Positions 9,940 through 22,000 of a DNA stretch of 64,000 nucleotides are shown here, one piece after another. Location of the stretch: the NCBI RefSeq assembly GCF_000315625.1, contig NW_005434578.1, positions 173,045 through 237,044 of the forward strand, in the 5' to 3' direction. This DNA comes from Guillardia theta CCMP2712. Lineage: Eukaryota > Protista > Cryptophyta. The notes under the pieces are model-generated. The model searched no databases and was not told where the DNA came from. It saw nothing but the letters and a program-made list of their open reading frames with translations. A program made the translations under genes and the position numbers. Position 1 is the first letter of the stretch. Every line of letters begins with the position of its first letter.

Positions 9940-10930
9940 ACATCAGCGGCGGGTGGCCCGGGTGCAGAGCCTGGTGATGCCACGGATACTAGCCTGAGGG
10001 CCGTCGAGACTCGGAGCTCAGTGGCCCAGCCCACGGGAATTGCTCACTGTCAGCTGAAAAGGGGATCAGCCTGATACAAAAATCCTTGTGACGTGATCGG
10101 ACACTGCGGCTCCGACTCAGCGGCCGGGCGCCGCCGGGCCCGGGGCCTACTAGGCTAGGCTACTTGCAGCGCCGCCGGGCGAAGTTTAGTACGGATGCGG
10201 CGGTCACTGCGGCGCCGGGCGTAGGCTCCCGCACAGGCCCGCCTCAGAGCTGTGGGACTTCAAGCCGCTTCAACCGTATGTTGCCATGCATTATCCGCCC
10301 TCCGGTCCGGGAATACTTAACCCGGTTCCCTTTCGATAGGCGGCGCACCGAGATGCGCCCTTCACACGGAGACGGTTCCCCTATCAACTAGTATCTCCGA
10401 GTTAGGACCGACTAACTTAACCCATCATGTCCAATCACTTATCACCGTGGCACGGTAAGGCGGCGGCGGGGCGGACTCGACTCGCCGGACTCGGAGTCGC
10501 CGAGTCGCCGGGGAGTCCCCGGCCGGGAGCCTCCGCTTCAAGCAAGGCTTTGAAAGTTTACTCAAACGGTTGAGTATGTCACAGCGCCGGCGGGCACTGC
10601 CGCGCATCCCGGCCGGGCGTCCGGCGATGATGCCCGGCGCTGATCGGACCCACCGGTGACCGGCGTGAACTCCGGGACCGTGATGATCATATCACGCCGG
10701 TCCGCCGCCGTCGGATTGAAGTCGTCACTGACTGAGACTGGCGCGGCGGCCCCGCCGGCCATGGGGCAGAGACGTGACCGTACCGTCACTGTCACGGACG
10801 GTCGGACCGTACTACGTGACCGGCCCGGCCGGGTCACGGCGCCCGCCCGGGTCCCGGGTGCCGCGTGACGGTGCCGCCCGGGCCGCAGACGGTGCGGCGC
10901 GCCCTCAGTGGCAGACTCAGGCGGAGGCGA
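9940..10930. other. GC-rich palindrome/micro-duplication island 2, upstream of the CCDC112-like gene
   Basis: ACTCGACTCG, GAGTCGCCGAGTCGCC, CCGTACCGT and similar words; TTTACTCAAA at 10557-10566; contains the rRNA fragment. Confidence 0.65.
10283..10450 (-). rRNA. Degenerate fragment (pseudogene) of eukaryotic 28S/LSU rRNA interrupted by short insertions
   Basis: The minus strand reads TTGGACATG..GGTTA..GTCGGTCCTAA..GAGATA..GGGGAAC..TCCGT.TGAAGGGCGC...GCGCCGCCTATCGAAAGGGAACCGGGTTAA.TATTCCCGGACCGG. This is colinear with the conserved LSU segment GTTGGACATGGGTTAGTCGATCCTAAGAGATAGGGGAACTCCGTTT...ATCGAAAGGGAATCGGGTTAATATTCCCGAACC, which I recalled from memory. Confidence 0.8.
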
Positions 10931-11409
10931 GCCTGCTTCAGATTGCCTACCCCTCCCTTGGATCCGACGGCGAACAACCACCCCACCCATGGGATCAAGG
11001 CGCAAGGGTACTACCGTGATAGGGAATGGCGGGAAGGAGGGATCAGAATGGAGGAGGGGATTGAATGAAATATGCGCGAGTTGAAACAGATATGAGATGG
11101 ATCTGATCATCATGAACGCACAGAAGATTGATACGTGAGCTAGGCAGGAGCAGGATGAATGTAAAGGAGGAGGAGGAGGAGGTAGTCGTACTGCTCGGCT
11201 TTCGACATACGTTGGAGTTGATGGGACAGGATCTATCAGACACATGCCCCTTGATGCTGATGCGCTCATGCAACCCAGAACCTCTTGACCCCACCACTCT
11301 CCTTGCATGCTGAGAAAGCATGAGAGGGTCGCACTGCCATGGCGCGAACTGAATTGACCATCATCGCAGACCACGAGGAGGAGTGAGGCGCAGGAAGCGG
11401 AATGAGCAG

Positions 11410-14008
11410 ATGAACCGGGCGATATCAACACCTTCAGGTAACAGAAGAGATCACCGCTCCCTTCCTCTGCTCTTGCTTGCTCTCTGACTCTTTTCGTCGC
11501 AGCTGCCCACAGGAGCAGGCACACAGCAGAGGAGGACAAGGTTGCGGCATGGACAGCGCATGTGCGGAAGTCCAAAGCGTGACAGGATTGGGCCTGACCT
11601 GTCGCAGGCGCATCAGTTATGGACGAGATCGAAGGCTGCTCACAAGCACAGAGACGCATCTCTGAACAACATGCGAGGAGAACTGGGCAAGGAGGTATGC
11701 TGCCTGCTGTCGTATGGGCAGGTTCTGACAGGCTGATAGGTGACGGAGGCGGAGGAGCATCAGAGGAAGCTGGCGAGGTGGAGCTAGAGGTTGAATTGCG
11801 ATAGGGAGTTAGCTGACATGCTTCTCTTGCTCCCAGCCAAAGGAAGGAGGAAGCTGCTTTGCTCATGGGCCAGCTATCGCAAGTTCGGCAGAACGTGGAT
11901 AGTTTGCGGTCGATGATCCAGGCGCGAGGAAGAGGGCCCGAGTACATCGAGAGGTTGCGGGGAACGATGGACAGCATTGAAAACGAGATCTATCTGGTGA
12001 GGAATCAGGAGCAGGAGCATTTGGAGTTCCTCACCAGCGAGGAGAAAACCCTCAATGCCGAGTTGGCGGCGCTAGAGAGGTCGATCCAGGAATGGGCGAC
12101 CTCGGACGGGGATAACCGTGTAAGACCCTCCACAGCAGGAGCCTCTTTGTCCTCCAAGCAGGAAGCCATGCCGGTGCAGAGCAAGATAGGAAGGATGCTG
12201 AGCCAACCCCTGCTCCCGCCCGAGGTCGTTGCTGTCGATCGGATCCTCAAGGAGGAAGGAGGGAGTACAGGAGGCTGGGACGACGCGGATCACGAGAGAT
12301 TCTTGCGGTACCGGACTCAGTTCAAAGGCCAGCCGCACATCTACTGCGCTAAGACGGCAGATGACCTCCCCGACCATGACCTTGCATCTGTCGAGAGGCA
12401 CGAGCTGTGGTACACAAGGTACCTGACGCTGCTAGAGAAGAAGCGTGAGGCCATCAGGTCATGGAGGACGAACAGGCAGCACGAGCAGGAAGAGCAGCGC
12501 ACCAACACAACCGTGACCAAGGAGGAGGCGCCTTCTCGCCGTCCCCAGTCGGCCAAGAGCTCAAGCAGGGATGCTGATGTGTCGAGAGAGGAAGTGAAGG
12601 AGAAGTTACAGAAGTGGAAGGAGAGCAAGGAGAACGAGAGGCTGCAGAAGCAGGAGGAGGTGATGTAGCAGATGCTGCTGTGTGTGCTTGCTGACATGAG
12701 TCATAGGAGGCCAAGGCAGAGAGGGAGCGGGCAGAACGGGAGAAGTTGAGGAAGGAAAAGGAACGGCTGGAGAAGGTGATGAGAGTGGAGAACTACAAAA
12801 AGAGCAAGAAGGTCAGTTGCGATCTCACAAAACGTCTGAGTGTAAATGATGACGACGATTTGATCGCAGGCGGAGGAAGAGGCGAAGAAGAGAGAGGAAG
12901 AGTTTCAGCAAGAGCAGAACAAGTCCAAGGTACCCCCCTCCATCCTCTCCGAAGTTCATTTGGTGTTCTGACCATCTAAACAGATTTCTGCCGAGCAGCT
13001 GGAGCGGATCAGAGTCAGGAACAAGAAGGTTGGCAGCTTCACTCTCCTCCCCCTCCATCCCTGACATGTCGGAACCAGCAAACAGAAGAGCATATCAACC
13101 TGATCCGCAGGAAGGAGGAGCAAGAGCGGATCAAGGTCTTCCTCCTACCCTTGCTCTTGCTCCCCTCCTTGTCTCACCGGCTGCTGCAGACGCAGAGGAT
13201 GGAAGCTCTTCTTGAGCACGTCGATGCCCCCAAGATTGATCGAGATCCCAACAGGCTCGTCGCTCCCACCACTGCCAGGTATCCCTCTTGCTCCCTTCCC
13301 CCTTCATACCTCCTCCTTCCCTCCCCTTTGCCTTATTCCTCCTCCCCCTCCTTCCTACTCCTACATCCTCCTCCTCCTCCTTCACAACAAGATTCCATCT
13401 GATGATCTGGCGTGAGAGCATTGAAACAAACACTGAGGCCCTCAAAATCCTGCATCAAGTCCAGCAGACACAGATACGGAAATTCTTCTTGGAGTGGAGT
13501 GTCAAAGTTGTTCATCGCAGAATCATAGTAAGCAGTGTCCATTCTATTCCGCTCTTCTCTCTGCTTACTCTGATTGCAGANNNNNNNNNNNNNNNNNNNN
13601 NNNNNNNNNNNNNNNNNNNNNNNNNNNNNNNNNNNNNNNNNNNNNNNNNNNNNNNNNNNNNNNNNNNNNNNNNNNNNNNNCCTCCTCCTCCCTCCCTCCC
13701 TCCCTCCCTCCCTCCCTCCCTCCCTCCCCTCCCTCCCTCCCTCCCTCCGCCCCCCCCCCCCCCTAACCCACCCTCCTACCACCGCCTGCTCCTCTCCCTC
13801 CTGTGTGTAACCGCCCCCCCCTCGCCCCTTGCGTGTCTTCCTCCACTATCATGCTGTGTTGGTTGAGCTGCTGGCTGTCAGCATGGCGAAGTCGGAGCTG
13901 GAGTCACCGGACGAGAAGAACACACGAGGATACTACTCCATCATGAGACCCAACACAGTCATGCACGTTGCTGCTCGGGCGACCCCGACATGGCGGTCGG
14001 GGATGTGA
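11410..14008 (+). CDS. CCDC112: CCDC112-like coiled-coil protein (multi-exon; spans an N-gap)
   Basis: GGSTGGWDDADHERFL...LPDHDLASVERHELWY...KKREAIRSWR core; IDRDPNRLVAPT; C-terminal HVAARATPTWRSGM*. Exons joined by short GT-AG introns; the start is approximate. Confidence 0.75.
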
Positions 14009-14372
14009 GCGACGAGGATGAGGAGGATGAGTGGAAGTTAGTGCTGGTGGAGAAGAAGAAGATGATGATGATGTTGAAATTGCACACTGATGCTATAAGG
14101 CGACTTTGACATTCGCCCACACTCACTCCAACTCCCAACCCCCAACTCTCCTCGTCCTGCTGAAGCTGGTGCCGATGTTGGTGCAGGTGCAGGTGCAGGT
14201 GCAGGTGCAGGTGCAGGTGCTGGTGCTGGCTTCAAGCATAGACAAATGACCGTATTTTTGTCTTCAACAACAACGATATCATCATCATCATCATCATCAT
14301 CACCTGTTTGCCGTCTCGCCTATTCACATGCCACTTTACAACATTCATAATCTCCTTTGCTCTCAAGTCCCT

Positions 14373-17300
14373 TTAGCGCCGTTGGGCCGGGTTGACTGCC
14401 GTCTGAGGACGAGGTTTCTGCGAGAAAGACGTCAAAATGAAGAGAGGAAGGCAGGCAGGAAGGCAGGCAGGGAGGCAGGCTAGGAGGGAGGGAGGGAGGG
14501 AGGGAGGGAGGGAGGGAGGGAGAGGGAGGTGTATAGGTGCAAGGTACAGAGTGAGTGAGTGAGTGAGTGAGTGAAGGTAGAGCAGGAGGGAGGGATCAAA
14601 ATACCCACCTTTGTGAGAGGAGGCCGAGGAGATTGAGACGCTCTTGCAGAAAGCAAACCTCCTTTCGACCTGTGCTGCCTTCAGGCGGAGGAGAGAGGAA
14701 CAGAGGAAGGAAGGAGCAAAACAGGAGGAGGAAGAGAGAAGAGAGAAGAGGAGAGGAGAGGAGAGGAGAGGAGAGGAGAGGAGAGGAGAGGAGAGGAGAG
14801 GAGAGGAGAGGAGAGGAGAGGAGAGGAGAGGAGAGGAGAGGAAGGGAGTTCAACCTGGCTGAGGACACTTCCTGCGACAGGGCTAAGTTCATCTGCACGC
14901 TAATCCCGCTGCTCTTGCCCTTGTCCGCCGGCTTCCACAGGAGGAGGCGAGGAGAAACCCCGTGAGCAGTGAGGGAGGGAGGAGCTGCTGCTGCTGCTGC
15001 TGCTGCTGCTGTTACTTCCGCTGCCGCTGCCTCCTCCGGCGCCTGCGTGGATCCTTTCCTTGCTCGAAGCCGCGTCACGTCCCCCTTCCATGCTCCCACC
15101 GAGCGCCCGATGGAGTTGGAGGGCTCGGCTCTACCCCTGCTGGACAAGAGCTCGGCCTTGCCCTTCTCCTCCTCCTCCTCCTCCGCCAGTCTGATCGCTT
15201 CCCGCACCAGCTCTGGCGCCATGAGCAGGCGCTCGATCGTCTTCCTCGCCTGGTCGACCGTGAGGGAGATGAGACGGTAGCTGTGCCATGCCGCCGACAC
15301 GTCCAGCTGCTCCTTCACCCCCTCCAGCAGCGACCGCAGCGTCCCCGCAAACTCCCGGCCGAAGGCGAGGCGGAGGACACCGATGCGGAAGACCTCGGGG
15401 TCCATGCCCTCCTCCTCCTCCTCCCCTCCCTCTGGACTCGCGCTGAAGGGGTCGCGGAGGGAGGAGAAGGAGGCGGAGGAGGACTCGTGCCGGACCAGGA
15501 GGTCGAGGAGGAAGTCCACAGAGACGCTGACGCCTGCCCGCCATGAGCTTTCCGCCTCCTCCTCCCGCTGGCTGTGCGTCCTGAGCTCCTGCAGCAGGGG
15601 GCCAATCCTCTCCCTCCTCCCGTGCTTCGCTCTGCTCCTAACAAAGGAAGTCGCTTCCTCCAAGCTCAGCCAGCAGATCTCGCTCGAGTGGAGGGACTTG
15701 AGAAAGTGGAGAACGCGAGGAAGGAGGGCCTTGGAGGAGAGAGGAGGAGTCGCCTCCTCCTCCTCCTGCTCGCAGCGGAGGGGGATGGAGGAGAGAATCT
15801 TCATGTAGGTGACGAGCCTGTGCTGGGCAGTGTCGCGGAGGTTGTCCTGGTCCATGTTGAGGAGGGAGGAGAAGAAGGAAACTCGTAGACCCGTCGTCCT
15901 CACCCCCACCAGCCTCCCGACCCGGCCGAGCACAAGCTTGCTCCTAGCCTCTGCAACCTCCGGGTCCTTGTGCTGCTGCAGCATGTGGCGGTAGAGAAAG
16001 GAGAGCATTGTATCCTGCGAGCAATTGTTTGCCTTCTCCATGTACCAGCTGTTGTAGATCTGCACCCAAGTCAGGTTATTGTCTCCTGCTCCTCCTGCTC
16101 CTCCTGCTCCTTCTCTCCTCCTCCTCCTCCTCCTCATTCCCCCAACCTCCTCCGTGTCCCTTCAAATCTCCATCCTCTCCTTCTCAAGTTCCTTGCCTTC
16201 TCCCTCCCGAGCTCCTCCTTACCTCAGCAATCGCGTCCAGCACCTCCTCCTCCCCCACAGTCTCGCCCCCCTTGCTCTCTCTGCTCCCAGCCTTGAGCCG
16301 GTCCAGGATGCTGCGATCTACGAGCTTCTCGTTGCGCCGAGCAGGTGCAACAGGTCCCCCCTCCTTCTCCAGCTCTTGCCGGACTCTTCCCCAGCTGTCT
16401 TCCGTCCTCCTCCTGTAGATAGCAACCTCCCGCTTCAAGTTCGCTACCCGCTCGCTCCTGTTCTTCACCTCCTCCCTCAGCCTCTCCCTCTCCTCCTCCA
16501 GCTCCTTTACCCTCCCCTCCGACACTCCCAACCTCAGTGCCTCCTCCTCCACCACCTCCTCCCACGATCTCGTCTGGCTCTCGCTGTCGGCCTTGTCCAT
16601 ATCGCTCGTGCTCCTTACCCCCCCCAGGTTGATCAGCTTCAGCTGCAACTTCTCCATCGTCCTCTGATGTGCCTCCATCAACTTCCTGCTCGCCCCCAGC
16701 TGCTGTCTCGCCTCCCCCAGCTTTTCCCTGAGCTCCCCAACTTCCTGCAGCAGCTGCAGGTTCCCCAGGGGGATCATTCCCAGCTGATCCTCCAGCTCTC
16801 CGACGATCCTCCCTCGCTCCTCCACCAGCTTCCGCGCCGTCTCCTCCACCAGGTTCCACTCCTCCGGCAGGTAGGGCACATGCCGCGACGAGGCGGCGGC
16901 GGCGGCGGCGGCAGGAGGGAGGGCACGTTCGTACTCCTTCCTCCTCATCAGCTTGCTCGGGGCAGCGAGCGACTCAGTGCGGGAGATACCAAGAGAGGAA
17001 GGGAGCCCCTTCACCCCTTTCTCCTTGAACCTCATCACCGCCTCCTCGAACTCCTCCCTTATCCTCCCGTCCTCCACCAGCACCAGCCCCAGCTTCTCCC
17101 GCAAACTTCTCTGCAGCTCGTGTAGCTGGGGCTCCTTCAGCTGCCCCTTGTCCGCCATCAGCCCCCCAACCTTGTCCGTCACCCTGTCCAGCTCCTCCTG
17201 CAACCGGGCCTGAGCTGCCCTCGCCTCCTCCTGTATGTGGTCGCGCTGCAGGATCAGATTCTGAACGCGGAGGTTGAGCGCGTGCAGTTTGTTCTTGTCC

Positions 17301-18265
17301 GAGCTCAGCTCCTCTCTCAGCTCTTCTATTACCTCCTCCCTCCCCCTCCTCTCCTGCTCCAGCCTCTCCACCTCCCCGGCCAGCGCCTCCATCCTCTCCT
17401 TGACAAGGTCGTAGTCGGCGAACCTACTCATCTGCTGCTGGAAGTACTTCACCCTGACCTCCGTCTTCTCCTTCTCCTCCCGCAGCCCCTGGAGTTCTTC
17501 CTCAAGCTCCCCTATCCTCCTCTCCTTGATCCTCTCCTCCTCCCTCATTGCGTCCATCTGCTTCTGCGACTTGAGGATGAACGCGTTCAGGTCCGCTGAC
17601 TTCTCCTGCAGCTTCTCTTGCAGCTCCTCCTCCCTCCTCCTCATCTTCTTCACCTCCTCCTTGAGCGCCAAGTTTGCTTCGTTGAGCTCCGACAACTTTT
17701 CCACCCTCTTCTCCTCCCCGGCTGACGCCAACCGCAGCTCGAACTGGCTCTTTCTCAGCTCTTTCTCCAGATCCGCCTTGTCTTCCTCCCTCCTCCTCAG
17801 CAGCTCCTGCAGCTCAACAAGCTGCTTCCGTACCTTCTCCTCCCGCGCCAGGCACTTCTTCATCGCCATGGAGAAATGCCCGAACACCTGGAAGCGATAG
17901 AGAAGAGTATGCACAACGATCAGCCAGTTCTCTCTTGCTGCTCCTCTTGCCCCCGCTCCCTCTCGCTCTCGTGCTCTTGCTCCCCCTCTGACTCCTGCAG
18001 CTGCTCCCGCCAGTACACTTGCTCCAGCTCCCTCCCATGTTCCATCCTCCTCCTCCTCCTCCTCCTCCTCCTCTGATGTCTGCCTTACTCTCCTGAGGTC
18101 TCGACTCTCCTCCTCCTTGACTGAGTGTAAGAGGGAGGAGGAGGAGGAGGCAGCGGAGGAAAGAGCAGCGGAGCTTCCTCTGCTTCCTCTGTCGAGGCTG
18201 AAGGAAGAGCCTGCCCTCTTGCGGATGTCGAGGTACTCGCGGAAGGACACGTTGTTGCTTCCCCT
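14373..18265 (-). CDS. Large coiled-coil protein, 3' part (multi-exon); may continue into the 19352-21700 model across the gap
   Basis: Long E/K/R-rich heptad exon at ~16221-17935; globular exon IYNSWYMEK...RVSFFSSLL; last exon KPRPQTAVNPAQRR*. Confidence 0.65.
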
Positions 18266-19351
18266 GCAACTTCGTAAGCACGAGATGAAACAGAGGAGAG
18301 GGAAGAGGAGGAGGAGGAGGAGGAGGAGGAGGAGGAGGAGGAGGAGGAGGAGGAGGAGGAGGAGGAGGAGGAGCTGCAGGAGTCGGAGGGGGAGCACGAG
18401 CACGAGAGCGAGAGGGAGTGAGGAGGAAGAGGAGGAGGAGAACTGGCTGATCGTTGTGCATACTCTTCGCTATCGCGTCCAGGTGTTAGGGCATTTCTCA
18501 TGGCGATGAAGAAGTGCCTGGCCGCGGGAGGAGAAGGTGCGGNNNNNNNNNNNNNNNNNNNNNNNNNNNNNNNNNNNNNNNNNNNNNNNNNNNNNNNNNN
18601 NNNNNNNNNNNNNNNNNNNNNNNNNNNNNNNNNNNNNNNNNNCATGTTGTCCTCCTCTCCTCATCTGAAGAGAGCATGTTGTCCTCCTCTCCTCTCCTTG
18701 ACTTGTCGCTCCTCTCTGTACAGGCATCACAATCACCTTTCAACTCGCCTTCCTTTTGTTACTCCTGCACTCTTGGATATTTCCAGCATCTTGCCAATTG
18801 AATCCTCGTTTTTATCGTTGGCGCGATGAGGCACTCATGCTAGTAAAAGGTGCACGATCAAAGACAAGTGTGTGACCAACAAGTTGGTGTAAATTGATAT
18901 TAACGAAGCTGCTCCATTTGCATGTAAACATGTACAAATAAGGAATGTTGAAAACTGTTGTTGGTGGAAATTACATGAACAGTCTAGAATGTGAGCTCAT
19001 GGGCTAACAGACATTTGACTTGTGTTCTGCTTCTACGATTGGAGGTGTAGGAGTCTGAAGAGCTTGTCTGCAGGTCATGGAAGATCTTGAAAAGAATTTC
19101 AGCAAGCTGTCATGCAGCAATGTTGAAACCACTATATCTGAAGCTCCTGGGGAAAGAGGGGGGAGGGGGAGGCCTCGACAGGCACATGGAGGGGCTTCAG
19201 GAGAAGTCGGGGATGCCCAAGAGGAAGAGAGAAGAAGATGATGATGTTTATTGGCATGAGGAGGTGGAGGAGGAGGAGGAGGAGGAGGAGGAGGAGGCGG
19301 AGGATGGGTGAGGAGGAAGAGGAGGCGGAGGATGATGATGATGGGCGAGAC

Positions 19352-21700
19352 TTACTTGAGATCAGCACGAGGAGAAGGAGCGGGTGACCTGATAGGAGAA
19401 GAGACCTCTTTATCGCCCGCACGTTCCTCCTTTTCCTCCTCCTTCTCCTTCTGCTCCCTCTCCAGCCCAGACACCAACCCTCCTTTCCTCTCTGCTTCTC
19501 CCTCCCTCCCCTCCCCTCCCTCCCCCTCCTCCTTGTTTTGCAGATGAAACGAGAAGAAGCTCATCATCCTCGACGCTCTCTGCTCGCTTGTCCTCTGCAG
19601 CGTATTCCGGACGAGCAGCATGCGCGACGAGTGACTCGACTCCAGCTTCATGGCCCCGTCCACCCTGCTGACCTCGTGCTGAACGATCTCCCTCGCCAGC
19701 TCCTCCGTCGCCCTCCTCCTCTCCTCCTCCAGCTTCGCTGCCTCCTTCCTAGCAAGGCTGAGAGCCTTCCCCGTAGCCTCTGCCTCCTCCTCCTTTCTCC
19801 GGTGGGCTCGCTGGAGGTTCTTGTGCTCTTCCTGTAAGCCCTTCAAGGCTCCTGCTTTATCCTCTGCCTCCTGCTTCCACCGCTTCCTCTCTTCCTCCTC
19901 GCTCCTCAGCGAGTTTCGTAGAACAGCAACGTTAGCACAGACCATGTCAAGCTCCTCTGACAGCTCGGCTTCCTTCTTCTTCCTCTCCTCCACCTCCTCC
20001 TCCATCTTCCTGACGGAGGTCGAGAGCCGCAGAACCTCTTCCTCCGCCTCCTTCCCCGTCAGCTTCAGTCGATCGATCATCTCGTTCATCAGCTTCTCAG
20101 TCCTCTCCTTCTCTGCCCGCAACCGATCCAACTCCTGCTGCTGCAGTGCTGCCTGCCTTGCCGCCTCCTGCTCCAGGTGTGTGATAGTCTCCAGAGCCCT
20201 CGTCCTCTCCATCAGCAGCTCCTCCTTCTCCTTCCCTTCCTCCTCCAGCTGCAGCCTGACAGACTTCAGCTCCTCGTCTATCTTCCCGTTCACCCGGCTC
20301 AACGTTGCATGCCGCACGCTCAAGTCATGGAGGCTCTTGGAGGCAGTTTGTGCCTCGTTCCTCGCAGCGTACAACTCGGAGGTCAGAGCTTTCTTCTCGG
20401 AAAGATGCTTGCTCCTCGTCTGCTCCCGCTCCTCCGACATCTCCTTGTTCTCTCCCTCCAAACGCTCCAAGTCTCCTCTCAGCACCCCAGTCTCTTCCTC
20501 CAGCTCCCTCACCCTGCTCGACAGCCCTGCCACAGCCTGCTCCAGCTGCCTTATAGTCATCAGCTGCTCAGATATCTCCGCCTCCGCCTTGGCTGCCGCC
20601 GCGATCCTCTCCGCATGCGCCTTGTTGCTCATGTGGTGGGCGAACGCAATCTCTTCGTTGACGGTCTTGACCCTCCGGTCAAGGATCGTTTTCTCCCGGT
20701 CCAGGTCGGCTATCCTCCTATCCTTTTCCTCCATCATCTCACTGATCAGATCGTGGTTCTCCGCGTCCAGCGCTTCTCCTGTCAGTGTGCTGAACACCTG
20801 CCGGGCAGCGTCACGGCTCGTCTGATCCTTGCAGCAACGACAGAGAGTAGCAGGGGAAAATAGGAGCGGGCAGAGGCAGAGGGAGAGAGTGCGAGAGGGG
20901 GAGAGGGAGGAAGATTGAGTGGGAGAGGGAGAGGTAGAGTAACAGAGCAAAAAAGAGAAGCAAAGAATCGAAGCCCGCCCCCCCCCCCCCCCCCCTTCGC
21001 GCAACAGCAGGCCCGGCACACACCTGAGAGATTTGAAGTACAAGTTCCCTCCTGTGCTCCTTTTCCCTGACGCCTTCGATCGCCTGCCGTGCGATCGTTC
21101 CAAACCCGAAGGAGAAGGCATACAGACCGAGATACAACTTCTCGATCGTCTCCTCTCGCATCCCCGTTTTCCTGAGTTGACCATGATCGAGACCTGCCGC
21201 GGACAGCAGGCTCCTCCCCTCCTCCTTCCATGTCGGCAGGACCGTCTCCTCCACGCTCTGCAGCAGGTTGTATGCAGTCGTGGTGGACTTGATCAGATCG
21301 GAGTTCCTCAGCTCCAGCAGCTCGTTCAGAACTGCCTCCCACGTGCTCAGCCCCAGCGACACGGTCGGTCGTGCATGCCGCTCCTCCTCCAGCATGACGG
21401 TGGTGCTGTTGTGCTTGTCCTGGTCCAGTGAAGACGGATCGCCCTCATCAGACGCCTTCCTCCTTACCATCATGGCACACAAGGTCTAACCGCTGAACAA
21501 ACCCGTTCACACGAGGCGTCTCATTCACACAGCATTAGCCATGCACCGCGGCATATTCCACCAAGAGATACATCCATGCAGTCTGTATCGGCTAGCTCTC
21601 TCCTCAGTCTCTGTATCCTGCCCTCTCCTCTGTCCTCCTCCTCCTCCTCCCTTCCTCCCCTCAGCTCCTCTAGGCTGCGCCGCAAGGCCCATTGCGGGAG
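19352..21700 (-). CDS. Coiled-coil protein, 5' part (multi-exon)
   Basis: Exon containing EKLYLGLYAFSFGF, an intron at ~20829-21023, then a 1.3-kb coiled-coil exon; both ends uncertain. Confidence 0.6.
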
Positions 21701-22000
21701 CAAGCCACCAACGGCTCTTATTCCCGTTACGGAAAAATAACGGGCAAACCCGGCAAGGATCGGGGAAACTACGAACTTGCTTGCAGTTGGCCGAATGGAG
21801 AGGGTCAGGACCTTTGTAATATCTACTATAGCCTCTATTATAATAATGATAACCTTCTACCCATGGGTCTCTACATCAATTCGCCCCCTTTCTTAGCTCT
21901 TGTTACCTCTGCTCCTCCCTTCCCAGCAAACCTCCCCGCCCTCCTAGCTCGTTCCTGGTCACCCACCGGCCTTCCCTCCGATCTCCAACCCTTGCTCAAC

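Noticed and set aside
10562-11977. 471-aa minus-strand ORF
   Set aside because: It is antisense to CCDC112-like exons and runs through a GC island that lacks stop codons; no domain signal.
13385-13580. Exon-like stretch (FHLMIWRES...FFLEWSVK, followed by GTAAGC...TGCAG) inside the CCDC112-like gene
   Set aside because: It does not fit the CCDC112 C-terminus and sits between a (CCT)n tract and a gap, so it is probably a mis-joined piece of another gene.
18370-18542. Inverted copy of the 17830-18000 exon segment
   Set aside because: It begins in a (GAG)n tract, carries scattered errors and indels, and ends at an N-gap. This is typical of a chimeric or low-quality read end rather than a real inverted repeat.
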